In this document: piece by piece, positions 20,028-30,403 of the stretch
Position numbering within the stretch: position 1 is the stretch's first letter
Layout: every line of letters starts with the position of its first letter
IMG/VR virus record: IMGVR_UViG_3300030098_005115
Coordinates: 1-56,959 of that record
DNA: 56,959 nucleotides
Source: a virus
Lineage: Duplodnaviria > Caudoviricetes
Reading direction: 5' to 3' (one strand)
Made by a program: the position numbers and the translations under genes
The notes under the pieces: generated by a model
Seen by the model: the letters and a program-made list of their open reading frames with translations, nothing else
What the model was told of the DNA's origin: nothing
The model's database searches: none

Positions 20028-20723
20028 ATGCCGGGGTTTAAAACAAATACCTTATTTGATTTAATGTACGGCGACAAAAAGAGCAATTTGCTTGATGATA
20101 TTGTTGGGTATGAGGATGGCGGTTTCGTAGGGTTCCAATATGGAGGCGGTCTAACAGCAGAGCAGGTACTTGAAGAACAAGGCCTTGATCCTACTCCAGA
20201 GCAATTAAAATTATTTGCCGATATGGATCCTACTCAAATACAGAATCTTGCTAGAGGCTTACAAGAGAATTTACTTACAGGAACTCAACAGTTTGCACAA
20301 CAACAAGCCCAGTCTGGATTTGCTGGTTCTGGAGCTGGTCAACAGGCGATGAGTCAAATGAGGCAAAGTGCACAGGAAGGATTGTCTAGGGGTATCGAAC
20401 AAGCTCAAAGAGACTTTACATCACAAACATTAGGCACTGCGGCTGATTTAGTTGCTGGTGGTGCAGAGTTCGGAGCCAGCCCTATTGGCACAAGTGTCTT
20501 GTCTTCGGATTATAGAGCAGGGCAAGATGCGGCGGCAGGAGTTGGTGCTGGCACTGAAACAACTGGGGATTTATCCGTATCAACTATCCCTCCGGGTTGG
20601 CCTAGCGTTAACTCTTACAATGCTTGGGTTAGTGCCGGATCAGATCCTAATAACGCTACTAGCTATGGCTTTTCAGGGCCGTCTTTCCTATTAGGTGCCT
20701 CCGGAGGAGGTTACGGTGGCTAG
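20028..20723 (+). CDS. putative internal virion protein
   Basis: Q/G/A-rich; YEDGG/YGGG motifs. Confidence 0.55.
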   Translation: MPGFKTNTLFDLMYGDKKSNLLDDIVGYEDGGFVGFQYGGGLTAEQVLEEQGLDPTPEQLKLFADMDPTQIQNLARGLQENLLTGTQQFAQQQAQSGFAGSGAGQQAMSQMRQSAQEGLSRGIEQAQRDFTSQTLGTAADLVAGGAEFGASPIGTSVLSSDYRAGQDAAAGVGAGTETTGDLSVSTIPPGWPSVNSYNAWVSAGSDPNNATSYGFSGPSFLLGASGGGYGG

Positions 20724-21609
20724 ACGTAGTATCTATTCAGCAAGACAGTCTTCCCCTTCCACATACGACACTAGCTTTGCAGACTTTTTAGATAGTATAC
20801 CACAGCTTGTTGGACAGTATCAGCAAAATAAATTAGCTCTTGAACAGCAAGATTTTAACAATGAGATGAGGGTAGCAAACCTAATTCCTCCAAGTTCGAG
20901 GGCTGAGGTTTTTTCGACTTCAAAAAACCCACAAATAAGAAGTGTAGGAAAAGCTTTAAAAGAAGAAGAGGATTCTTACCAGTCTGTTTTAAATTCTTTT
21001 GACCCTGACCTTTCAGGGGATGAAAAAATAAATAAGTATAAAGAACTTTTAATATCTCCTTTTGTAGCGAACAATCCATCTCGAATAAAGCAGGTGGAGG
21101 AAAAAATAGAAGCATTAAACAAAAACAAAACGAGTGCTTCTGTTGAGTCGTGGGTCAAAAAAAATCCCGGGTCTTTTGGTGAGTTAATGAAAGGACTCGC
21201 CAAGTCTAACCCTTCTAAAGCTATGGAAGAAATAATAAAAAAAGAGCAAGGTTCAAAAAAAATGTATCGAGATGCTTTAGGTTTTATGAGGTATTTAGAA
21301 GACAACCAAAGAGTAAATCCTAATATTGCAAAAGCAGTTTCTCCAAGAGCCCAAGTTGATGCCTTAACAAAACAGTTGGATGTAGCCAGTCGAAATGTAA
21401 TGTTTTTTCAAGGAGACAGAAACTCGACTGAGTATAGCGACTTGGTAAATATTCAAAATCAAATATCAAAAAGAATAGATAAGCTACTGAACCCCACAAC
21501 AGCAACTCCTTTTACTACCAGCTTTAAAAACAGAATTGGAAACATAGACCTCAATTCGAGCGAAGCAGATAGTACTCAAGTGGTGAATAAGATTCCAGTT
21601 GAGTATTAA
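20695..21609 (+). CDS. putative internal virion protein (start may be GTG 20716)
   Basis: ORF track; GGAGG at ~20703-20710 fits the GTG at 20716. Confidence 0.6.
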   Translation: MPPEEVTVARRSIYSARQSSPSTYDTSFADFLDSIPQLVGQYQQNKLALEQQDFNNEMRVANLIPPSSRAEVFSTSKNPQIRSVGKALKEEEDSYQSVLNSFDPDLSGDEKINKYKELLISPFVANNPSRIKQVEEKIEALNKNKTSASVESWVKKNPGSFGELMKGLAKSNPSKAMEEIIKKEQGSKKMYRDALGFMRYLEDNQRVNPNIAKAVSPRAQVDALTKQLDVASRNVMFFQGDRNSTEYSDLVNIQNQISKRIDKLLNPTTATPFTTSFKNRIGNIDLNSSEADSTQVVNKIPVEY

Positions 21610-24600
21610 TGCCATTAGAATCTCTGAACAAACTTTATGATTCAGTTTCTAAAACTTATGAAATTGGCGATTTTAACACCTTTAAAACAAAGATGGGAAA
21701 CCCAGATTCTAGGCGTAAGTTTTACGACAAGGTATCTGAGACCCATGAGCTTGGGGATTTTAACACTTTTGAAGTAAAGGTTTCTTCTTCGGCCCCAGCT
21801 ATAGACCCTGAAGAAGTGCTAATTGATCCAGATGAAGGGTTTGAGGCACAAAGAGAAAAATCTTTTAAAAATTTAATTTACGAATCTGTAAAGCAACAGG
21901 AAAATAGTGTTGCTAAAAACAATCCTTACGGCGTAAATCTTCCTCGCAAAAAAACCAATATAGAAAAAATAAAAAATCTTGGCGGTAGCGTTATGATGGG
22001 CAGTCGTAGCCTTCTTGAATTTCAGGACATGGAAACCGGTATGCGTACTGGTGAAGATATTATTGACCGTACATTAGGGCAAGCAAATAATGACCCTGCG
22101 GTTTTTTATTCTAAATACTCTGGACTACCAATAGAAAGTCCTGAAGTGCAGTCTTTTGTTAAGATTGTAAATCAAAAAAGAAAATCTTTAATACCTAAGC
22201 AAAACAAAAACTTACAAAGACTTATTGAAGGATTAGAAGCTGGTAGGGACAACCCACAATACATAATAAAAACAGCTTCAGAGCCAGATGCAATAAATAA
22301 AATTTCCAACTTTCAAAGACCGACTTCTAAGTTTATTGGCTTAACGCCTGTTTCTGCTATAGAGGGGTTTGAAGAAAGGCCAGCCCCTGAAAAAAGAAGA
22401 ATATTTAAACCTACGGATAAAGATGTTGCAAGGTTTTTCAATAAAAGGATGATGCAAGAAGAGATAGTTAAAGAGAAAAGAAAAGGCTTGAGTGAGCGTG
22501 ATGCTTATAGAAAGGTTAAGTCTAGCGTAGGAGCAACCCCACCCAGTGTTGTTGATTTAGCTATGGAAAAGTCTGTTTCTGGTGCTGTTTTTAGAATTAT
22601 GAACTTAGATCAAACTGTCCCCTTAGATGATTACCCTGATGTAAAAATAGACAAAGCAAGTGATATGGTTTCTGTAGATTTTTTAGAGCAAGTAATTTCA
22701 GGTGCTATCTCTATGGTTATGCCTGCTGATGCTTTGCTTTTTGGTTTGGGTGGTAAAGGTGGTGCAATAGTGGGTAAAAAGGCAATCAAAACCCTTCCTC
22801 AGTTAAAAAGGGTGGCTAGGTATGCAGATAGTGCCGCAAGGATAATGTCTAAAGGCTTAAAGGTTCCCTTGCCTCAAGTTAGAACCTTTGCGAAAGAAGC
22901 GGTTGTTAGAATGACAGGGGGAGCTGGTGGGTTTGGAGCTTTTGATGCCGGCAGGAATATAGTGGATCAGATTGAACTTACAGGTGAGGTTGATGTTGTT
23001 GAGGCATTAGAGTCTGCTTTAAAGGGAATTGCTGTTGGTGGAAGCGTTGGGTTTTTGGGTCTTGCTGGTGCTAAAGCTGGAAATTTAATTGGTGACAAAA
23101 CAGCTAAAGCTGGAGAATTTGGTTTTGAAGTGCTCGGGCTGGGAACTGTCGCACCTCTTATTGAGGGTGAGGAGATAACAAAGCGAGGATATGTTGAAGC
23201 GGCTGGGACTATTATAGGTTTGAAATTTTTAAAGCAATTCTCTACTGAAAATCAAAGAAGGATAACGGAAAGTCTTGGTGAGGAGATACAAAGACAAACG
23301 GAAATATCCGGAAGACCAATGCCTGAAGTTGCTAATGGAATTAGAAATAGGCTAAAGACTGCCGTAGAGCTTGCGATAGAGGGCAAGTCGCCAGAAAAAT
23401 CCAGAAGTCCTATGTTAGAGAAAGGTATAGAGCTTACAGAAGGTTTTAAAAGCGATCTAATAAAAACTTCAAAAGATCCATCTAAAAGCACCTTGACAGA
23501 AACAGGAATAGATTTTAAAAAAATTGACGTTTCTGCTAAGACAACTAAACAGCTTGTTAAAGAGGGTGCTTTATCTCTAGGTCAGGATGGATTGAGAGGT
23601 ACAAAAGAACTTGGAAAGGTAGAATTTACTCCAAGAAATCAAACGAGACCAGAAAGATTAGAGATAGAGTCAGATATTAGAAGGCTCTCATCTGATATGA
23701 AAACCCTCGAAAAAAACGGTGTTCAACAGAAAGTATTAGATGATATGCAGATTAGTATAGATGCTAAAGTTGAAAAGTTAAATGAAATAGTCGTTGAAAG
23801 AAAAGATATTGATAATTTATTCACGCCTCCAAAGCCATTAACCCCAGCCGAAAGAAAAATTGTTTCTACTGAACAAGTTGCAAAAGATGTTGTAGAAGGC
23901 AGGATCCAATTTAAAGAGCGATTAGAAAATTTAGAGATTGAGTTAGTTAGAAGAGATAAGGCAGAAATTAAAAGACTGGAAAATTATTTAAAAGAGGCTG
24001 ACCTGTACAACAATCCATTTGAGCCAAATCCTCTTCGAGAAGTTCCCCTTCATCCGGCAGATGCAGGCAGGCGTAAACAAGCTGAAATAATAGCTTCTTT
24101 AAAAAGAAGAGAGCAAGATAGGGCTTTAGAATCTTTAGATTTGCAAAAGACCTCAACTATAAAAACCCCTTCAGAGAAAAAAATAAAAACATTTAAGCTT
24201 CAAAAGCAATTTAGCGATTTAGATCTCACAATAAAAAATAACGAAAGTGCACTCTCTAATCCAAATTTAACACCATTAACAATAGAAAGGCTTAAGAAGT
24301 CTATTCAGAGAGCTAAAGAATTGCAAAGAGACACGCAGAAAATTGCAAGTGAGGAAGGAATAGAGCTTCAATCTTTTATTGGAATAGTAAGCCCTAGAAA
24401 GATAAAAGAATTTTTTGGATCTTTAAAAAACAAACCAAAGAGCTTGCGAGATATTGAGGTAGACAGGCTTTACAACCAAGCTCAAGCAAGGTTAGACAAA
24501 AAAATTAAAGATCAAAATATAAAAGTAGACAATTCAGAAACCCTATCTACAGATCCGGTGAAAAGAGGAGGTGCTGAAAGGGTCTACAACTTCTTTTTTT

Positions 24601-27008
24601 CGGACATGATAGAAAGAACTGCTAGTGTAGGAACTAAAACATCTGTAGAGATGGCAAGAAATGGTAGAAAAGCAATAGATGCAACAAAAGAAGCTTCTGG
24701 AAGGCTTGCGGAGTATGTGGATGCTGTTTTACAGCTTTCGGGTAAGTATTTAGGAGCTGAAGGTAAGGCCGTTAAAGACCTTTCTACGTTTGTAAATGTA
24801 GATGTGGGAGGGGGTAATAAAGTTTTGATGTCAAAGCTTCATGCTAGAATAGAGGGTCTCCCGGTAAAAGTATCAAAAGAGTCTCAAAAAATAGTTGAAA
24901 AAATGAAAGACCTTATAGAGGAGAGAGGTCGTTTGTATGAAGAAATAGGGTTGATGCAAGAAGCTAAAGATGGCAAGATTCGCCCTTTTAAAGTTATCGG
25001 TAGAGATGTGGCCCCTAGAATAATGACTTCAGAATTTTACAGTATTATAGAAAAAGGGCCTTCGTCAAACGAATTTAAAGTTTTGGTTTCTGAATTTTCT
25101 AAGGCTTCTGGAGCGAAAGAATCTCAAGTACAAGATTATTTTAGCGAGTTTCGTGAAAATTTTACAGGTTCTGGAAATATTTTATCTGGAGGAGTTCCTT
25201 CTGCCAGACCAACCAGAACAACCCAAGCTGAACATAGTAGAAAGTGGAAACACATACCTCATGCAATAAAAGTTGACGGACAAATATTACCTATAGTAGA
25301 GCATAGACCTTTTGATTACGCTCGAAGATTAGCAGAGACCGGATCTAGCAGAGTTGGAGTAGCCAAGGTTTTTGGTCAGGAATTAGCAGGCACAAGCATA
25401 ATAAACAAAGCAAAAGAGCAGATAAGGAAAGAAGGCGGTTCCGTTACTGAGTTTCACGAAATGATAAAAGCGTTAAGTGGCGTTCCCGTTGAGCCTTCTT
25501 ATATAATAGGAACCTCTAAAGCGACTAGGGCGATTGAAGCCGGTTATGACCTTATAAGGACAACATCTCTTTCTGCTTCTGCAATACCAAACCTTGGTGA
25601 GTTTTTGGGAAGCACTAGAAGATTTGCAGGAACTCCTGAATTAATTAAAGCCCTTTATCAATTAAAGCTAGGCTTGCCATCTGCAAAAGCAAAGCAATTA
25701 GAAAATTATTTAGATGGCATAGGTGCAATAACAAAAGATGTTGCAAATTTTTCTATTGACCCTCAAAGGCCAATAACATCTAGGATGAGAGCTTTAAATG
25801 AATTACAAAGAAGTGCTTTTTTATACAGACAAATAAACCAACTTCAAGAAGCTACTGCGGCTGTAGTGGCTTTAAACAAAGTTGAGATGTACAAAAGGGG
25901 AAAAGGTAAAAATATAGATAAGATATTTTTAAGAGAAATGGGATTTTCCAGAGAGGATGCTCGGCTAATGGTTAGCGGTAAAGCTCCTCAAAGGCTTTAT
26001 GATGCTTTAATTAGAAGAGCTCCTGCTCATTTAACTGGTGGAGCACAGAGACTCGGAGAACAATCTAGGATAGAGTCAAATAGGATATTTAAAGCTGTAA
26101 AAGGTTTTGAAACCTATGCACAAATGAAAATAAGATCTTTTAATAGGGCTAGAAAAACTTATGTAGAGGTTTTTAAAGAAGGTGCCAGAGAAAAAAACTA
26201 TGGTAAAATAGTAGATGCCAACAGGGCTATGCTTAGTGAGATCGCAGGCACTGCGGTAGCCGGTCTTGTTGCTCAGTTTTCATTAGCTTATATGTATGGG
26301 GGAAGTGACAATGTTGAAATTAAGTATAACGAAGCTTTGGAGAATCCATTAGAAACTTTAAAAGATGCTTGGTTTTATACTGCGGTAGCTGGTATGTACG
26401 GTCAAATACTTCAAGCTACAGAAGGATCTGTTTTAGATGCGATCTATCCCTACACAGTTATTACAGAACTTTATAACGCTACAGCAGGGACTGGTAGATA
26501 TACCTATGTTGAAGGGGTGGATAGGGCAATAAAATTTGGAGAAAGGTTTGCTCCGGTAAATAAAGCCTTTAAGAATGGGTTGGTTGCTGTTGGTTTTGGA
26601 AGCCCTGAAGCAAGAAAAACAGATAATGCTATTCGTGCATACTATCGGTGGAAAATTAAAAATAAATATGGAGGGACTTATAAGTCTGTTCCTGATGAAC
26701 AAATAAAGAATTTTAGAAAAAATATGATAAAAGCTTATAATGCGATGATGGATAATAAGGAGCCGTCAGAAGTTTTTAAGTTTGCAGTAGATGCAGTGTC
26801 AGAATCTGGAAAAGACCCTGCAAGTATAGCAAGGTCTTTAAACGGAAAAAGGCTTTTAACAAAGTCTAAGATTGCTCCCGGGGCCAGCGAATCAGAATAT
26901 GTTGCAAGAAAAAATCAACTCAGGAAAAAAATTGGCGAAAAAGCATATAGCAGGCTTTTAACCCACGATCAATTACTAGAGGTTTATGCAGACTTAGTAA
27001 GTTTCTAA
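21609..27008 (+). CDS. large internal virion/ejection protein (1799 aa)
   Basis: Last gene of late operon; helical; N-terminal (E(I/L)GDFNTF)x2; lysozyme-like E..NNPYG..F...E.G segment. Confidence 0.7.
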   Translation: MPLESLNKLYDSVSKTYEIGDFNTFKTKMGNPDSRRKFYDKVSETHELGDFNTFEVKVSSSAPAIDPEEVLIDPDEGFEAQREKSFKNLIYESVKQQENSVAKNNPYGVNLPRKKTNIEKIKNLGGSVMMGSRSLLEFQDMETGMRTGEDIIDRTLGQANNDPAVFYSKYSGLPIESPEVQSFVKIVNQKRKSLIPKQNKNLQRLIEGLEAGRDNPQYIIKTASEPDAINKISNFQRPTSKFIGLTPVSAIEGFEERPAPEKRRIFKPTDKDVARFFNKRMMQEEIVKEKRKGLSERDAYRKVKSSVGATPPSVVDLAMEKSVSGAVFRIMNLDQTVPLDDYPDVKIDKASDMVSVDFLEQVISGAISMVMPADALLFGLGGKGGAIVGKKAIKTLPQLKRVARYADSAARIMSKGLKVPLPQVRTFAKEAVVRMTGGAGGFGAFDAGRNIVDQIELTGEVDVVEALESALKGIAVGGSVGFLGLAGAKAGNLIGDKTAKAGEFGFEVLGLGTVAPLIEGEEITKRGYVEAAGTIIGLKFLKQFSTENQRRITESLGEEIQRQTEISGRPMPEVANGIRNRLKTAVELAIEGKSPEKSRSPMLEKGIELTEGFKSDLIKTSKDPSKSTLTETGIDFKKIDVSAKTTKQLVKEGALSLGQDGLRGTKELGKVEFTPRNQTRPERLEIESDIRRLSSDMKTLEKNGVQQKVLDDMQISIDAKVEKLNEIVVERKDIDNLFTPPKPLTPAERKIVSTEQVAKDVVEGRIQFKERLENLEIELVRRDKAEIKRLENYLKEADLYNNPFEPNPLREVPLHPADAGRRKQAEIIASLKRREQDRALESLDLQKTSTIKTPSEKKIKTFKLQKQFSDLDLTIKNNESALSNPNLTPLTIERLKKSIQRAKELQRDTQKIASEEGIELQSFIGIVSPRKIKEFFGSLKNKPKSLRDIEVDRLYNQAQARLDKKIKDQNIKVDNSETLSTDPVKRGGAERVYNFFFSDMIERTASVGTKTSVEMARNGRKAIDATKEASGRLAEYVDAVLQLSGKYLGAEGKAVKDLSTFVNVDVGGGNKVLMSKLHARIEGLPVKVSKESQKIVEKMKDLIEERGRLYEEIGLMQEAKDGKIRPFKVIGRDVAPRIMTSEFYSIIEKGPSSNEFKVLVSEFSKASGAKESQVQDYFSEFRENFTGSGNILSGGVPSARPTRTTQAEHSRKWKHIPHAIKVDGQILPIVEHRPFDYARRLAETGSSRVGVAKVFGQELAGTSIINKAKEQIRKEGGSVTEFHEMIKALSGVPVEPSYIIGTSKATRAIEAGYDLIRTTSLSASAIPNLGEFLGSTRRFAGTPELIKALYQLKLGLPSAKAKQLENYLDGIGAITKDVANFSIDPQRPITSRMRALNELQRSAFLYRQINQLQEATAAVVALNKVEMYKRGKGKNIDKIFLREMGFSREDARLMVSGKAPQRLYDALIRRAPAHLTGGAQRLGEQSRIESNRIFKAVKGFETYAQMKIRSFNRARKTYVEVFKEGAREKNYGKIVDANRAMLSEIAGTAVAGLVAQFSLAYMYGGSDNVEIKYNEALENPLETLKDAWFYTAVAGMYGQILQATEGSVLDAIYPYTVITELYNATAGTGRYTYVEGVDRAIKFGERFAPVNKAFKNGLVAVGFGSPEARKTDNAIRAYYRWKIKNKYGGTYKSVPDEQIKNFRKNMIKAYNAMMDNKEPSEVFKFAVDAVSESGKDPASIARSLNGKRLLTKSKIAPGASESEYVARKNQLRKKIGEKAYSRLLTHDQLLEVYADLVSF

Positions 27009-27188
27009 TATGTCATCCTCTGACATTTCCGGAAAGCCGTTTTCGTTCCAAAATTTAATTAATCTTTTATAATACTCTTTTTTTGATATTTCTTTATTGT
27101 ATTTAGCATTAATTAAATCTTTTAATTCTAACTGCTTATCTCTTGTCAGATAATGTTCTTCGCTTTGAAACTCATCTAATATATCCAT
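26994..27188 (-). CDS. hypothetical protein (64 aa)
   Basis: ORF track; converges with the late operon. Confidence 0.6.
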   Translation of the reverse strand: MDILDEFQSEEHYLTRDKQLELKDLINAKYNKEISKKEYYKRLIKFWNENGFPEMSEDDILETY

Positions 27189-27433
27189 TACTTAAATGCT
27201 CCTGAATTTTTCTTAGTTTGATATTCTTCGTTCTTACGTTTAGTGTATTTAGACTTTTCATACTTAGACATCTTTAACCAACACTCTGGTAATGAACTAA
27301 CTAAGGTATCGTAACTTCTAGCTACTCCACAAAATAGTTTTACCTCAGTATCATTCTTCTGTATGTGGGGATTGTATCTTGATTTTCCACAAAAGCAACA
27401 GCTAGTGTTTGTTTTTGGACAATGTTCAAACAT
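27188..27433 (-). CDS. Cys-rich hypothetical protein
   Basis: CP....CCFC...C...CW. Confidence 0.6.
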   Translation of the reverse strand: MFEHCPKTNTSCCFCGKSRYNPHIQKNDTEVKLFCGVARSYDTLVSSLPECWLKMSKYEKSKYTKRKNEEYQTKKNSGAFK

Positions 27434-27585
27434 TTGTGTATAAATTATAGGTTTGCTCTAAAAAACACCCTCTAATCTGGCGTTTATAGCGATAAAATAA
27501 ATTTATTGAAGTCATGTATGCCTAATATTTTTATAGCCATAAGCGAGCCGTTAGGCCCGCTATTAGCTATTGTTAGTAAAAGTAC

Positions 27586-27798
27586 CTAGAAAATACTGTT
27601 AGTCTTTTCTCTAGGCTCTTTAAAGGTACCAGCTAGGTATCTTTTGCCATTTTTGTCTTCGTTTATCCACATAGCACAATCAAACTTATGATCGTTTACC
27701 ATAGCGGTACCTGTATAATCAGGTTTTTTATCACCCTCTTTTTTGTAGTCGTTTTTCCAAAGCGAGAAGCTTTGGTTTTTTTGTTTGAACTCAGCCAT
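27586..27798 (-). CDS. small putative ssDNA-binding protein (DUF736-like)
   Basis: LWKND.K...KPDYTG...AMW...KRYL; AGGAGG RBS. Confidence 0.6.
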   Translation of the reverse strand: MAEFKQKNQSFSLWKNDYKKEGDKKPDYTGTAMVNDHKFDCAMWINEDKNGKRYLAGTFKEPREKTNSIF

Positions 27799-27827
27799 AC
27801 TGAATCCTCCTTTTGTTTGTTGTTAAG

Positions 27828-28034
27828 TTAATTTTTTTTAAAATTTTTGAGTGATAACACTGCATACCTTGAAAGCTTCCAGTTGTTACGCTTTTTAAGT
27901 TTTGCCTCTAGTTCTTTTAGTCTACTGTGAGCCGAGCCATTTACCTGAATAGACCCAGAATCCAAAAGAAATGTATAAAATTCAATCAAAGACTTTAAAC
28001 TTGTTGCATGTGTTTCGTTTTCACTTCTCATCAT
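27828..28034 (-). CDS. hypothetical protein
   Basis: ORF track. Confidence 0.55.
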   Translation of the reverse strand: MMRSENETHATSLKSLIEFYTFLLDSGSIQVNGSAHSRLKELEAKLKKRNNWKLSRYAVLSLKNFKKN

Positions 28035-28353
28035 TAAACTCCTTCAGTAAAGATAATAGCATAATATATTTTTCAAAATCAAGTACGATATATGGCTTGC
28101 CTCTGTCCTCACGAATCACAACACCGTCTTCATTCTTCTCAGGCTTTAACCATTTGGCAATTCGTGTTCTTCTTTTGCAACCATAATACCTTTCTTCTAT
28201 TTCGATGTCTCCCTTCTCGTGCTGTGCCCCACCTCGATCTCGATTAAAAGCTTCTAAGCCATATTCCTTAGCCGTTCTCACCGACTGTCTCTGCAACTCA
28301 GCACCTCTTTGCCTGTTACGCCTACCTCGCCTTACGTTTTTAGGATTCTTCAT
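28021..28353 (-). CDS. putative Holliday junction resolvase (PD-(D/E)xK, Hjc-like)
   Basis: RG.E....A...G, GDI, CKR pattern. Confidence 0.55.
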   Translation of the reverse strand: MKNPKNVRRGRRNRQRGAELQRQSVRTAKEYGLEAFNRDRGGAQHEKGDIEIEERYYGCKRRTRIAKWLKPEKNEDGVVIREDRGKPYIVLDFEKYIMLLSLLKEFNDEK

Positions 28354-28532
28354 ATAGCCATCTGCACCTTTGGAGGGTTATCTTTTTTAGGCAGGCAAAC
28401 AGGGCAGGTTTGAAAAAGTCTTTTAGACCCAGCCCATGTTTCATAATCACACTCAGGACATTCATACAGGTACTCTATAAACTCATACCCTTTAACAATC
28501 TTAGTGTTTTTAATTTGCTTTATTCTTGACAT
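28350..28532 (-). CDS. zinc-ribbon protein
   Basis: CPEC...CPVC. Confidence 0.65.
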   Translation of the reverse strand: MSRIKQIKNTKIVKGYEFIEYLYECPECDYETWAGSKRLFQTCPVCLPKKDNPPKVQMAI

Positions 28533-28759
28533 ACAGATCCTTTTACTATTTGTTCTTCTTTATCTCTATTTACCACTGCTTCGCTTTCTTTGTCTAGCAT
28601 TTGTTCTTTTATAGCCTTCATATCCCTAAGTAGCTTTTCGTAAGGGCCGAAATACATTCTATGCTTTTCATTTCCTAAAAATGTTTTTAGTGCATTTATA
28701 TGTATTTCAATCTCTTGCTTTGAATACCGGATAGTAGCTATACATCTTGGTTTTATCAT
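28520..28759 (-). CDS. hypothetical protein
   Basis: ORF track; coupled. Confidence 0.6.
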   Translation of the reverse strand: MIKPRCIATIRYSKQEIEIHINALKTFLGNEKHRMYFGPYEKLLRDMKAIKEQMLDKESEAVVNRDKEEQIVKGSVCQE

Positions 28760-29226
28760 ATTATTTCACTCGCATATTCGTTAGGGAGATAAGCATTTAC
28801 TCTAATCGCTTCACCTCCATTGATTGTTTTTTGTGTCTTAGTTTTTCTTACCTTAAAGTCAAAATTAAACTCACCAGTTTCATCTGTTATTTTCCAGTAA
28901 AAAATCATTTGATCGGGGATTAAATAAAGAAATCCCAAAAAAGGAACCCTTAGCATTTGTGATAGCTTTTTACCATCTAATAGTTTATCAAAAGTAACAA
29001 GCCAAGATTTATGTTGTTGAAACTGTACATAATTCATATCCCTACACTTAGATTCAAAAATTCCCATAAGCTGACCATCTTTCAAAACCAATCCATCTAC
29101 TTTAGCATCCATTGACTTATCAGTTTCAACTAAATCTACAGAAAAACTGTTCTTAATACGATCCAACATAATTCTTTCATACTTCAAAGACCTTTGTCCT
29201 CTTTCAGTATTAATATCTAAGCCCAC
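28756..29226 (-). CDS. PD-(D/E)xK-like nuclease
   Basis: VDG...IFESKCR. Confidence 0.6.
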   Translation of the reverse strand: MGLDINTERGQRSLKYERIMLDRIKNSFSVDLVETDKSMDAKVDGLVLKDGQLMGIFESKCRDMNYVQFQQHKSWLVTFDKLLDGKKLSQMLRVPFLGFLYLIPDQMIFYWKITDETGEFNFDFKVRKTKTQKTINGGEAIRVNAYLPNEYASEII

Positions 29227-29702
29227 TAGAAAGGAACCTCTGGACTCTTTAATAGTTGCACTGCTCTTGCTACCGGGTACTTCACTACGCTATCACTATC
29301 ATTGGTAAACTCTTTTATAAAAACATCAATCAATACCTTAGCTCCGCTTATATTATTTTGATAAAGAAAGGGTAGTTGCCCACCCTCATCTTTATCGTTG
29401 CGGAGTCCTATCAGAGATAGGAATTTTGCATAACCCCAGTTCTTTTTGTGGTCATATAGACATCCATCAATCTTTTTATACCTAAAGATACCATTGTCCC
29501 TTACCACCTCTTCTTCATAGGCAGGATGTTCTAACTTATCAATCATGTACTCGGGTTTAAAAACATCAGCAATATAATTACCAAACCTCATATTCTCATT
29601 AGTCTCTAAAGATACAATGCTTGCCGTGTACCTACCCTCTGGTACTCCTTTCTTTTCTAAGTCAAATCCACCGGGGTAATAAGCATCTCCTATATCAACC
29701 AT
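29226..29702 (-). CDS. putative ssDNA-binding protein
   Basis: VPEGRYTASI motif; C-terminal EVPF tail. Confidence 0.5.
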   Translation of the reverse strand: MVDIGDAYYPGGFDLEKKGVPEGRYTASIVSLETNENMRFGNYIADVFKPEYMIDKLEHPAYEEEVVRDNGIFRYKKIDGCLYDHKKNWGYAKFLSLIGLRNDKDEGGQLPFLYQNNISGAKVLIDVFIKEFTNDSDSVVKYPVARAVQLLKSPEVPF

Positions 29703-30111
29703 TTCCCTGAGCTTGTTTCATTTCCTGAATACGACTAAGGCTTGTATCAAGATTGTTTACTGTAATCTTACCAGCTTTTAATGCTTTCTTAACCCTGTTT
29801 TGGTTCTGTTTGTTTAGGCCTTTAATAGCATCTAATATCTTACCAGACACATGCCCTTCCGAAGTCCCATTTAAAACTTCACCATTGGTAGCTTTTACAA
29901 TGTGCTCTACTAAGTCAGGTTGCTCTACCTTATGGTTATTCACAATGTCTTTAAGACCCTCAAGGCCATGTATAACAAAGTAAACCCATTTGTCTACTAA
30001 GTCCATAGTTTCTTTATCTAAAGACATTCCTTTCTTAAAAGCCTCTATGGCAAAGCCATGCCTTACCTTACCTTCTGTTATCTTATCCCAGTTTGGTTGT
30101 TGTTCACTCAT
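29695..30111 (-). CDS. hypothetical protein in recombination cluster
   Basis: ORF track; AGGAGG RBS. Confidence 0.65.
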   Translation of the reverse strand: MSEQQPNWDKITEGKVRHGFAIEAFKKGMSLDKETMDLVDKWVYFVIHGLEGLKDIVNNHKVEQPDLVEHIVKATNGEVLNGTSEGHVSGKILDAIKGLNKQNQNRVKKALKAGKITVNNLDTSLSRIQEMKQAQGNG

Positions 30112-30403
30112 TATTATCCTCCTTTACTTTGTGTAAATATGCAGTTATATCCTTCCTATCTAAGGCAACCTTACTTTCCTTTGCGAGTCTATATATAATA
30201 TGATATGGGACATGTTCGCCCATATTATTTTCTATTAAGGTCTTTACTAAGTCCCTACACTGATAGCCTGACAAGTTATCAAAAATAGCATATATTCCAG
30301 AGTCTAGTCCAAGCTTGTATTCATCGCTAGTTTTAAAGTCGTCTGCCTTACATGCTAATTCGTAGGAATCATACACCTTTATTGTTTTACTTTGTTCACT
30401 CAC
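30104..30403 (-). CDS. hypothetical protein
   Basis: ORF track. Confidence 0.6.
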   Translation of the reverse strand: MSEQSKTIKVYDSYELACKADDFKTSDEYKLGLDSGIYAIFDNLSGYQCRDLVKTLIENNMGEHVPYHIIYRLAKESKVALDRKDITAYLHKVKEDNNE

